From: the human T2T-CHM13v2.0 reference genome, Homo sapiens
DNA: 64,000 nucleotides
Direction: 5' to 3' (one strand)
NCBI RefSeq assembly: GCF_009914755.1
Contig: NC_060927.1
Below, piece by piece: positions 1-12,700 of the stretch. Below the pieces are notes generated by a model. The model saw only the letters and a program-made list of their open reading frames with translations. It did not search any database and had not been told where the DNA came from. How positions within the stretch are numbered: the first letter of the stretch is position 1; each line of letters opens with the position of its first letter. A program made the translations under genes and the position numbers.

Positions 1-22
1 TTCTAGGAAATCATGTATGCAT

Positions 23-71
<49 letters not shown>

Positions 72-181
72 CATTAGATATAATATAACATATATTTTCA
101 TATGAATATGTGTTTATTTAAATATAATACTGTATATAATAGTATAATTGTGTCTGTTTCTGGAGAACCCAGAATAATACA
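1..181 (+). mobile_element. 3' end of an MLT2-type (ERVL) LTR
   Basis: Ends TCTGTTTCTGGAGAACCCAGAATAATACA, resembling the MLT2 terminus; MLT2 LTRs often carry a simple repeat just upstream of it. Confidence 0.55.
28..69. repeat. (CA)n microsatellite
   Basis: Uninterrupted CA dinucleotide run visible in the sequence. Confidence 0.97.
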
Positions 182-694
182 CTATTTAACTTAAATTTTA
201 TATTACTTTTTGTACAATTTCTAAAAAATAAATTTAAAAGTATTTCATATTTTTACTAGCAGTTTTACTGATTTGCAGTTTATCATTCTATGTAAAATTC
301 AATATTAACTCAATTATTTTTTAGTCATTATCTAGAGATCAATTTCAAAAAGCCTCTCTTCTCCTCTATTAAATAAAAGCAATGCTAATGATATTCTGCC
401 AGCTTCAAATTGACTGATTTATCACATCATTACACAGCCATCCTGCATCTGCACTTTGTTTGTGGAATACTATAGCTTGACAATAACAAATCACTATGCC
501 CTCTGTTGTTGAGAATGTTAGAAGAAAGGCAACTCACACATGCAAAACCAAATGGTGCTGGAATGTTTAGATGCATTTGGCTTCTGCATTAGCTATTCAT
601 CAGCCACACTTGTAATCATTTAGAATATTTTCATCTCGAAGATTTCAAATTCTGTCTCCTCACTCGTTCCTCTGTGTCTACTCTGCTTTGATTC

Positions 695-1506
695 TGTGAC
701 AGTGAAACTGGAGAGCTCCCTTATCTCCCTAGCAGGATGTACTATAGGGGTGTGGCTCACTCCTTTGGTCACCCCACTGCCCTGAGGCTCAAACCTCTAG
801 GGGGAGCATGCAGAGGGGCAGGTGCAGAGGCCCTGCAGAGTGCTTTTGGGCTCCAGCTCCACAGCAGCATCTACAAGTGGGTTTCTATGACTCCTGAAGC
901 CCAAGCGGGCATGTGTTACAGTGTGTTATTTCAGCTTTGCTGTCTACAGACGGCTTGTGTTAATTAGCTCAGTAGATCTTCTGCCTTATCACAAGGGAAG
1001 GGGGATCAGTGTGACAGCCTGAGTTCTTGCCCAGTGTACTGGAAGAATCGGATCACACTTGGATTTGAAGGATGAGTACAAGGTTTTGTTGAGTGGTGGA
1101 AGTCGCTCTCAGCTAGATGGAGATGGATGGGGAGCTGGAAGCAGGAGATGGAGTGGGAAGGTGGTCTTCCCCTGGAATCCAGATGCCCACTGGTTAGACT
1201 CTTCTCCGCCCCTGGCTGAATTCCCTTCTGTGTGTCCAGACATCTTTCTCTTCTCTCTTTCTCTGTCATGCCACCCTGCCCCTCTGTTCCTCTGGATGTT
1301 CAGCTGCTTGTGTCTATGTCCGCTAAGGTCTTGGGTTAATATGGACACAGTATAGGGGATGTAGCAGGAAAAAGGTAATTCTTTGGGCCTGCGAACCGAA
1401 ATTCCTGACCTCACTTGGAGCCAGGGGTCTTCAGGCTTGAGGGTGGGGCTTTTGCCAGGGAACCACCGTCTTCTACCCAGAATTTCCCTGTCTTCTGTCC
1501 ATACCA
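695..1506 (-). mobile_element. ERV1-class solo LTR (LTR1/LTR27/LTR28/MER52 group)
   Basis: GC-richer block with TG...CA ends; right end CAGGCTTGAGGGTGGGGCTTTTGCCAGGGAACCACC...CTGTCCATACCA resembles this LTR group and the LTR at 41335-42242. Confidence 0.7.
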
Positions 1507-2798
1507 ATAGGTAGGCCTCAGAAATCAGTTCACCCACACAAAATACCTTGTTCTGATTGGTAGTGACCAGTGACTTTATATAAACAGATTTTTATATTCA
1601 CAGCCTATAAGTCGATCCTGTTGATTTATTCAAAATGCTGATGGTCAGAATAGCTAGAACTCCTAAAAAAGTTAGGAAACTCTGGCAAACTCCTCATTTT
1701 CTGATGCAAATTGTGGGTTTGTAGCAAAAATTAAACAAAAAAATCAAATAATTGTCTTTTGTAGGTTCAGAGAAATACTTCTTTTGCTTCTGTTTAATTT
1801 CAAGTTGCTGATATATACAAAATTCCCAGGGAAAATAAATATCAAATTGTGATATTTTCTTTAAATGATTGCAATTATAGAAAGTATATGATTGCTTTTG
1901 GTTTCAGAGAGTCCTAGAAAATATTCTAAGTATTCCATTAACTGAATCAAACTTGGATTTGGTAAGACTTTGTAAATGATACAATATTACCTCTATTTTT
2001 AACAATTAAATAAAAGAATACTCTAAAAATGTATATTGAGAAAAATCACTAAAGCACTCCATTATTTTATTATGGTAAATTAGCTTCATTAATTCAAAAA
2101 TAGAGTTTAATATAGGTAGCATCCTTTTCTAAATGATTTGTTCAATCTACTTGGAATAATTTTGAATTGATTGTCAGAAACCAGTTGGGAACTGTTGAGC
2201 TGATGTTTTAAAAATTACACTTTTAAGAATTCACCAATGCTAACTATTGTTACTTAAAACATCAGTTTCAGGGTATTACTCTAATTACTAGGTATATAAT
2301 ATTACTAGGTATATAATAAAATCACTTTCTTTTTAATAATTTTTCTTATTATCTTCTAGGCATCTCCCTTAGTATTTAAACATTGCCTGAAAATATGCAC
2401 AGTAATTTATAAAACTGTTGTTATGGAACAAAAGTAGCTGATGTAAATTATTCATAGAGTGTCCTCAAGTATAAAATATCAAGTAGTTCTCAACCACGTT
2501 TGTTAAAATGTATCATAGTTTCTATTTCTGTCACTTATTTGCTTTTGTTAAAAAGTAATCCTAATGAAATACAAGTTTCTATAGCAACTTTAGTAATACA
2601 TACACACACACACGTATACACATATACATACACATAATTAAACAACAGATTTAGATTTATTGACAGATGATATATATGGTTGTGGACTGAAAGACAAAAC
2701 ATATATGCTTCAGTGTTCAATAACTTTGAAATTTGTCCCATTCAGCTCATATAATCACAACACTCATTATCTAATGTAATGGAGACCATTATTAAAGT

Positions 2799-3810
2799 GG
2801 AGACATTGCTGTTGCTGTTCATGAGTCTGTGGTGTGGTTCTACAGGAGCAGGACCTTAAAGATAGCCACAATGGGAGAAAATGGTGATGATTAAAAAAAT
2901 AAGGCTGCGCTTAAGGCCAAAATCTGTCATCAAATTGAGTATAATTTTGGAGACTTCAGTTTTCCATGGGACACATTCTTAAAGAAACAGATCAAACTCG
3001 ATGAAGGCTGGGTACCTTTGGAGATGAGATAATTCAACAGGTTGAACCACCTAACAACAGTCTTCAATGTAATTGTAGAAGCATTGAGCAAATCCAAGGC
3101 AGAACTCATGGAAATCAGTGAAGATAAAACTGAAATCAGAAGGTGTTACAGCAATCCCTTCAGTGAAGTGACTGATGAGTATAAAAGTGATGTAAAAAAA
3201 CAGATCTGTTTGAAAAAGAAGTATTGAAAAAAATTATAGAAGACCAACAAGAATCCCTAAACAAATGGAGTTCAAAAGGTCGCAGACTTAAAGGAAAAGG
3301 AAAGCATAACAAAGCTGCACAGCCTGGATCTGCTAAAAGAAAATTACACTTTCTGAGCAAGTAAAGGAAATTTGCTAGCAATAATGAAAATGGTGCAACT
3401 GGACCTATGAAAAGAGCAAGGGAAGAAACAGACAAAGAAACAGAAAAAAGAAAATGGTGATGGAGACCAGTAGTTTAGTAAACCAAATAATTTTTTTGTT
3501 TTAAATAGGTTTTAAATAACTTTTCTTTTGGAGGCCTTTTAAAAAGAAAACCAAATCAGGTCCACTTCAATGTCCACCTGTGAGAAAGGAAAATATTTTT
3601 TGGCATTTAACTTGTCTTTTTTTCTGTTATCTGAATTAGGAATATTATTTGAATGTATAGTTCTGTTTGTGTTATTTCAGATGATTCAAATATCAAAAGG
3701 AAGATTCTTCCTAAATTGCCTTCATAATATGAGAATGTGTTGTACAAACTAATAAAATATAAACTACATGAAACCAATAAAGTATATACTATAGGAAAAG
3801 AGCAAAAAAA
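2799..3810 (+). pseudogene. SSB: Processed pseudogene of SSB (La autoantigen) with large internal deletion
   Basis: Intronless match to SSB mRNA: 5'UTR ACCTTAAAGATAGCC, ATG at 2871, La-motif peptides AKICHQIE and [24 protein letters not shown]-terminal [12 protein letters not shown] and ENGDGDQ* (TAG 3471-3473), 3'UTR, AATAAA and short A tail. Premature TAA at 2892-2894 plus frameshifts. Confidence 0.95.
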
Positions 3811-5269
3811 CCTCATTGGTTGTTAAGAAACTACATAAATTAAATTTTGCAAACACTAACAAAATTAATATTTTCTTGATTGAAAAATAAGACTTGTGAA
3901 AGCAAATTCTAATGCAACCTTAAAATGCCTGACTGCTGGCCTGTCTCCAAGAATATAGACTCTTCTCAATGTTCCTTGAAATAGCTCTGTGTGTTGATAA
4001 TGCTACATGATGTTAATCTGAAATATGTTACAATCTCCATAATGACACTTAGACTCACAACACAAGCAGATCAGAGAAATTATTCCAACAAAAATAGTCT
4101 CATCTATTTTTAATTTTCTTTCGTTAAATCTTACCTCATACTATTTAAATGTATCTTTTTCATTCTCTTCTGTCCTATTCTCCATAAAAATACATGAATG
4201 TATTCATTCCTCACTCTTGAACAAGAATTTGACTGCATACTCTCCAAGCTGATGTCATGCCTCTTCCACATCATGCCTCTCCCTCCATGATAGAAGGCCT
4301 TATAAGATTGGGTTATTTGTTTTATTTGTTATTCTATTTATATTCATCAATTATCTCAAGCAGAATAAGTGTAGTCAAAAATCTCAATCACACTGTTAGT
4401 TTTTAAATGTTTTTTAAATCTTAAGGATATGGGAAATAGAACATTTGCCTAATATAGGACTATTAATTAAAGAATGGTGATGTAAATTGGTTGTCAGTAA
4501 CATGTATGCATGTTACTTGAAACAGAATCCTTCTGATCTCCATCAACACTTTATTTAATTTTATAAGCTAAGATACTGAGATAATAAAAATGGGGACGAG
4601 GAAGAAAAAGCCAGCGCCATGTAACAAAAGAACAAATTTCCTAACACAGTTCTAAGAATTTTGAGGATATAGACATGTATCTTCATTGGGCTTCATCATT
4701 TATGTTTGGTATAAACTGTGATAAACAAGATATAAAAATATGTGTCAGAGGTGTTAATACTTCATTATACATTCCTAAATATGTTTTGCTTGACATATAT
4801 GTTCTTTTAATTTGTATTAAAAATTGGCCCTCTTGAGATATTCATTTCTTAATTAATCAAGACAAACATCACATTTCCCTTCCTAGCTATTTCTATCTAT
4901 GTGTGAAAAATAAATGTCATGCTTCACCAAAATGAAGTACTTCCCAAAGTGCATTTAGCTCTATTAATTCTACACTATGTCAATAGATGCCTAAAAAACT
5001 GTAAAATTAATGCCTAAGGTTGATTTAAACAAAGTTAAGTTTTCTTTCATTCTGGACTTTTAAGAAAGTAAGTTTTATATGGTAAGATGCATTTTGAATT
5101 TAAGTAGGAAGGCATTATGTATGGCTTCTCCAACATTATTTGTCCAAAAAACCCCTCCCATTTGAAGTTTTCTTACTTTACTTTGAAATATATTTCTCTA
5201 CTTCTTTTTGTTCTTTAATATGTCTCTTCTGAGCTTTTGTATGAGAATATGAAGTGTTATATAATGAAT

Positions 5270-5990
5270 GATTAATTTATTTAACATACTTTTTATTTTG
5301 TACATACTACTGGTCCTGCATATTGCAAGTGTCTAGAAATACAGACATGAATGAAAGTGTTCCTGCTCCTGAGAGCTTATATTCCAGTAGAGGAGAAAAG
5401 CAGGTAAATAAACAATTATACACAGTGGTATGTGTTGCACTACAGCTTTAAAGTGGGGCTCCCAGAACACCTGGGAAAGTGTTTCACCAGACAGGTATGT
5501 GCTGGTCAACGAAGGCTTCTCTGAGAGGTAACGTGAAGATGAACGTAAAATGATAGGTAAGGATTACCTATGGGATGTTGAGGAGGTGATGGCAAAGGGC
5601 ATAAAACAATTCCCAGGCCAAAAGAGTAGCAATGACTGAGCCCAATGACTGAGCTTGTCTGCCCTAGAGAGAGAGTAAATCTCATATGCAGTAGCTCAGA
5701 AAAGCAGGAAATTATTGGTTCACAACGTGAAGATATTGAGATGAGAGATACAAGCCAGGACCTGATCTCCAAGAGCCCAGAGCACAAAACTAGACGTGTA
5801 GAATTCATCAGAGGGCTGTTAAGAACCAGTGAAGGTGCTTAAATAGAGGATAACAAGATGATATGTACATTTTAGGAAAGTCTCTCTAGAAGTCTGTTTA
5901 GAAAACGGATCGTAAGATCATGGCTGAAAAAAAGTGAGGTAGGTTTGATATGGCAGGGATTCAAGTAAGAGATAAGGGGACCTCCCAATG
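5270..5990 (-). mobile_element. L2 LINE 3' fragment
   Basis: Degenerate antisense L2 3' end (TTTATTTAACATACT...CCTGCTCCTGAGAGCTTATATTCCAGTAGAGGAGA...TAAATAAACAA). Confidence 0.65.
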
Positions 5991-6539
5991 AAGTCAGAGA
6001 GAGTCTTTATACTAGTTACATATATGCTGTTAAATGTATAACATAGCTAGGATATAAAAATTTGTAGGTAAATTATGTGTTATTTTTCACATATAGGAAT
6101 AATTTTTAATACTCATTTATAAAAGAAAGTGTTTTACTCTTGGAATGTTTTTATGTCATTCGCTTAATTTTAGTTTTGAAAATCTTATGCATAAAAATGA
6201 AAGGAAGCATGCAAAATAGAAATGCAGTGCAATATGTAATATTATACAATGCCATGATTTTATAATTGGAATATGCAATTGAAATATTACCTTACCCTAA
6301 TCAAAATTAACACTGTAAAAGCATATTCTTCCCATGGCAGGCTTTTAAATACTTCCTTTTATAGTAATACTATTAAGTATTCCCATTTAAAGTAAATTGG
6401 AATATTTTTAAGTTTATAATAGGTTACATTTTACAAATTTGCTGTTTTGCTCTTTCCATTTTACATTCTAAAATACAAAATGGGCTTCTAAAATCTTTTT
6501 TAAAAAGTAGAATTGAATTACATGGCAATTACACCCCCC

Positions 6540-7800
6540 CACACACATATATACTGTCAATGGAATTCTACTGAATAATTTATTCAACTGACCCTCTATT
6601 GATATATAGTTTATTTCAAATGTTTGCTTTTAAGGACAATGCTGCAAAATACTGCATTGTCCCACAAGCATTTGCATACATATAAGATTATATCTATAGG
6701 AAGTGTATGGATGGCTAAATCAAATAATATATTTTTTTACATTTTAATTTTGATAGATATTACTAAAATGCCCTTCAATTACACCTATTTATTCTACCAT
6801 CTACGCAAGCTGAGAATGCCTGCCCCTCAACAACCTCAGCAATATGTAGTATTACCAAATATTTTCATCTTTTTAATATGACAGGTGAAAAATATTGTTT
6901 TGACATTAATTGTTGGATTATGGAAGAGGTTGAACAACTTTTTCAGGACCATCATAATCATCACTACTTCATAATGCCCAGGCTGAGAAGATAACATAGA
7001 GCTAAAATGCAGCCTACATTTTCCCACGCTATGCATTGTGATGGGAGCTTTAGCTACTGGCAAAGGGAGGCTTTGTTCTAATTCATAGCAAGGTATCACA
7101 ATAGCTAGTGTGGGCGCTAATTTGCTTAGGTGTTATTTGACTGATATATATGAAATTGTTCAAATCTATTTTATTGATCTGCTTTTCTAAATGTTAAGCA
7201 TATTTATCTTTTGTCATGTGAGCTGAAAATAAATTTCATAATTTTTGTTTGCTTGTTTTATTTAAAATTATGGTACTACTTCCATCATATAAAACTTTTA
7301 AATTTTTATGTGTAAAAATTTGTCACCTTTTCCTTTTTGGCTACTGCTACTGTTATGCTTATAAAAATATTCCCTTCTTTAATATTAGGAAATATTTACC
7401 CATATTTCTGTTTCTATTTTCACAGTTATATTTGTATGCTAAAAATTTGATCCATCTGGAATACATTTTGATGTAGGAGTAAGCTAGAAACGAGCTTTAT
7501 TTTATTTCCAAATAACTAGTCATTTTCTCCCTCATTTAAGTGTCATTTTAACATTATCTCTAATATATACTTAAATCCATTTCTGGATTTTTTTTTTTGT
7601 TCTTGTTATTTGTGCAAGTATAGTAAATTGTTTTGTAATTCTACATTTATAATAGGATTTAAAGTATAGGAGAATGAATTCTATGTTTTTTTCAGAATTG
7701 ATTGTCTGATCTTAAATGTTTACTGTTATAGAGAACCTTTTGTGTTAAATTAAAAAAAATCTAGCTGTCATTTTAACTGGTCTAATATTACTTTGGAGAT
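6540..7800 (-). mobile_element. Old L1 (L1ME-like) fragments
   Basis: T-rich degenerate antisense L1 ORF2/3' motifs (ACAATGCTGCAAAA, TTGATCCATCTGGAATACATTTTG). Confidence 0.5.
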
Positions 7801-8605
7801 TAAAAAATGATTTCCATGTGAATGGAAATACTGAAAAACTAGAAGGCAGAGGAGATTCTTTTGTGTAAATACATCATAAAAAACTGGAGCCAAGAATTCC
7901 AAAATATAGATTCAGCTTACAGAAGAGTTTGAGAAAAGTGAGATAATGCTTTAGTTCTATGACTTAACAGCAATGCATTGCAGGAGCTTTACTCTTTTAT
8001 GAATCCTGGTCTTGTTTAATAGCCAGTTTCAGTTCGCCTAAATGCACTTATCCTTAAAGGTCCTGCACGATCTCCCTGATGCTGTTTAACAAGTGTAGTG
8101 TGCTGGTGACACATTTGACTGGGCTATTGAAGTCAGACTTCCTTTTATCCCAATGGGTTGATCTATCTGTAGCAGATTTATTTTACAAAGCCATATCCTA
8201 CAGACATGTCAGTAAGTATATATGTCATTGTCATACTCTGATATTTTGACGCCTAGATTTCATCTCACCCTGCAGATTATCTGAAATCCTATCCCCAATA
8301 TTTTCCTGGCAATGTCAACTATCTGCTGCTAAGCTCATCCTTAAAAATTAGAAATTTAACATATTCTAGATGCTGAACAAGATAAAAAAAAATGCAATAC
8401 ATAACCCTCATAAGCAATTAAAAAATTATACTAAGGCACTTTTTATTTTCACGAAATCACCAACTTCTGGCACCTCTATTATACCCATGCTACAACTCAG
8501 CTATAGCTACTGAAACAATTTATATCACTGATATTAAATCGTACTCCTTGTATTAGGAGTATGATTAACAAGTAAGTTAAAAACTAAGAAACAGAAATGT
8601 ATCTG

Positions 8606-9005
<400 letters not shown>

Positions 9006-9049
9006 CTAATCAACTCTCCTCAATCTGTTTCCATATACCTTTCCTACTT

Positions 9050-9750
9050 GCTACTAATTCCCAAGACACTTTCACTGTGCTCTGTGGAACTCACAGTCAT
9101 GACTTATATCTTCAACCTCATCTTTAGACATTTTATTTACCTTCTTGTATATTGATTGCTCAAAACCAAACTATTTCTTGAATACAACAAAACAACAACC
9201 TGTAAAACTGTTTTTCACCCATATTTCTTTCCAGTTTCTGCACTACTTCTCTTGTCCCCTTTACAGCAAAAGTCCTTAGAAAAGTTTCCTATGGAATTTT
9301 GATTTCAAATATATTTCTTTTCATTTTATCTTAAATCCATATTCCATGGGATTTTTCATGGAAAAACCCTCAGCATTTCATGGAAAGTTCTCTTATATGT
9401 GTCAATATTTGACCTGTTTTTACCATTTGACATTGTTGATTCTCTTCATCTTGCTATTCTTATTTTGTCCAACTCTACTGGCAAATATTTTTAAGTTAAA
9501 GTCCTTTTTTGTTGGTTCCTCCTCATTTTCTTAATTTAAAATGTTTGGCATGTTCAAAGTTTTGTGTTCGGAATGGTCATACATTCATTTACCTGTTTGT
9601 TTCTTGATCTTTCTGTACTCCTTCTCTTAGTGATCTTATCTGGTCTCTGGTTTTACTCTGTACAATCATGGCTTTCAGATTTGTATTTCTGGCCTGAACC
9701 TCTCTTCTCAAATCCAGGTTCATATATCCAACTACCTATTATATTACTAT
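9050..9750 (+). mobile_element. L2 fragment(s)
   Basis: Degenerate L2 motifs (CCCCTTTACAGCAAAA, CCTGAACCTCTC, CATATATCCAACTACCT). Confidence 0.5.
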
Positions 9751-12700
9751 TTTATTTCTTTTCTTAAATTAAATATGCATTTGATCTAAGTTGAACCAAA
9801 TATTACTGATCTAAACCTCTTAGCAGAACTGTGAAGCCGGGTCATAGGAAACAACACAAACTTTGTGATTTTTCTTATAAGAATTCCATATGTATATTAA
9901 TAAAGTAATAAAAGGAAATTCATAATGGGTAAAGAAAATCAAATGTATACAATAAAGATATAAAATATCAGTATCAGTCTTTTTATGGTAAAGAATGCCA
10001 TGATTCTTAATTTCTGCATTTTACTAATTTGGTGACTGTCAAGTAGTTATCATCTAGCCAAAGGCTAATTTAATCATTTGGATCTGAATGTCCTCATGGT
10101 GATAACTATTTCAACACTGGCACATTTTTAGTTCTCTGCTCATAATTAATCTTATGCTGACCAGTTTTATATAATGTAAATCTATCTCTTGCTTCCAGTA
10201 ATTGCATATCTAATGTACTGTGAAAAGAAGCCAATATTGCATCTGCTAAAGTAACTAAAAAGCAAAACTGTAAACATCATCAGCTAATGATTTTTATCAC
10301 TTAGCTTTACTTTTTTTAACTTTTGGAACTTTGCAAATATAGTCACTTTTAGCCAAAACTTTGAATTACATCTTTAGTTTGGATGAGTAATTATGCTTTG
10401 GGATGAAAGAATATTTTATTTTATATACCAAGAGTTTCTTGTTGGTAGTTATGTAAAGAAAGCAATCCAATAACCACCACTGATAGAACACATTATACTT
10501 AAATAAAGCTGATTTTTTTTTTTTAGCTGAAGCCCAAGGGACAAATATGGAACAGTAGAAAATATTTTGAACAGTAGTGAAGTTGTAAAATATGCTTGAA
10601 GAAATGCTTACTGCATGATAGTTGTTTTTTCATTTAGTTGTAAAACACCCGCTTCATGGAAAATTATATTGAATATAATGCTGACTTCTGGTCATGTCAG
10701 CATAAGATGCAATAGGTTTGTTCAGTGAAATTAAGGGATCACTGACAAACCACAGGGACTCATGGACAGGTAAAACCCAGTTCATTAAAAAAAAAAAAAA
10801 AAAAAAAAAAACTTTAGCTTTGCATAACACTTTTAACTTTTCAGACAATTTTCATATCAACTCTTTTATTTGTCTTTCTTAACTCTGGTGGGTCATCAAG
10901 TATTAGAATTAAAAACAAACTCAGTTTCCTAAAAACTTGTCTCCCCACAAATTCTCAGTCATATAATATATGTTAAATTATGCTCATGACTAGGACTCTT
11001 TGGCATTAGTATCACCGCCCTCAAATTTGGGGCAAAATCAGGATCCATTTACTTCATAGCTACTGTGAAATGCGAAACTATGTTTTGTATTTATTTTCTG
11101 TACAATTTACAATCTAAATATAATTTAAATTTTTTTTAATTTTTTCTTTTTCTTTTTTCTCTGGCTATAACATCTCCTTCCTAATTTACATCCTTTGTTG
11201 ATTTTTCAGCGTGACTACTTGATTTCCAGATCTTCCTATCACTCTAAGTTTGTTTTTTACTAAAGCATAATTGTTAATAAAAGATGGTTTCTCACCATAT
11301 AGAAAAGCACATTTATTTGTTAAGGGTATTCTATCACTACATTTTCCTGCTAGAATACTTAGTCAAATTCTCAAGGTCCATGAGTAGTATCAATGACACT
11401 GACATCAAATATTTGTGTTCTTTCTTGGCTTAATACTCATGATTTCCTAAACTCAGAGCATCAATTTTCTTATCTTTTTGTGAAAACCTATAATTTTCCC
11501 ATTCTTTCTTGATGAGAATACATGGTAGTGATTTTTGAAACCTAGGCAATCAAAAAGATACTTCTTTTACCTGCATGCTTTACCTGATTTATATGATATA
11601 TCATGGACTTAGGACTGCAATAAATATTTTCCAGTGGTTAAGCAATAGTTTTCCCTAGTTTTCCCAACTATTGCTTAAATTTGAGTTAATAGCTCTGCTT
11701 AAGCACATTCTCACATGTGTTGTTTTTTCTTACTTTATTATCTGGGAATAGGCTTTATAAAAATTTAAATGTCATGGAAAGTGCAAATTTCTGAAAGAAT
11801 CCCAGTTTGAGATGGGATGTCAGACTTACCCGTTATGTACCTAATTTTTATGCCTAAAGTGAAACAAATAGATCTTAATTTCTGATATTATGTAAATGGC
11901 TCAGAAGGAATAGAGATTAAGATACCACACCAAATTCATCATCTTTCTATTTTAGGTGTTGGTAAGTAAAAAAAAAAACAAAAAAAAAAAGGTATATTTT
12001 CTTAAATCATGGGAAGGCATTCATTCTACTGCTTGGTCAAGTTTTTGTTTTGATGTTTTATTTCTACATGAACCTCAGCCAAAATTTTTGTCACATGTCA
12101 GTAATTAGGGTTTTGCAAAGACATTTGGCAGTTTTCTCATGAAGTGTAAAGATAAACTTTTGAGGGAGGAATCAAAGTTATCACTTTAAAAATGAACTGT
12201 ATTCCATTGCAACATATATCGCCTTCAGAATTATATTCTATTATTTTCTCATCAATAAGAAATATTATCCTATAGTCTCATGGCACAAGACAGGTAAGCC
12301 ACAAACCTTAGATTTTTACAATATACTTCTTCTACTGCAACAAAAAATGGAACATATACAGGTAACATGTATTATATAAATAGGTTTTAATGAATGTGAA
12401 TAAGCTAAGTAGCATAAATCCTATATCTAAAAAGTAACATATAAAGAAACAATTTCAACTTTTTTCACATTTTCTTTTCCATACTTGAAGTACGAGTATA
12501 ATGTGTTTTTATTAATTCAGATGAACTCATGCTTATACTTATCATACCTGTTGAGCAGACTCATTGAAACTTATAATAAAAATTCCCTAGTTGCAGATTA
12601 TATTATTTAGAAGCATATTATCCATTAAAATATCCCCAACTATCAAAATATCACATATTTCAATTTTTTAAATTAAAAACCTATACTAATATAATGGATG

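Noticed and set aside
737-1537. Overlapping 76-142 aa ORFs
   Set aside because: All lie in a GC-richer LTR where stops are rarer; no recognisable protein motif.
3042-3227. 61-aa ORF with clear La-motif similarity as a functional gene
   Set aside because: Starts at TTG inside a retrocopy with an upstream stop and frameshifts; no introns or promoter seen.
11940-11967. Apparent 6-nt microexon (TTTTAG-GTGTTG-GTAAGT)
   Set aside because: No host gene is visible and such motifs arise by chance; needs RNA-seq junction evidence.
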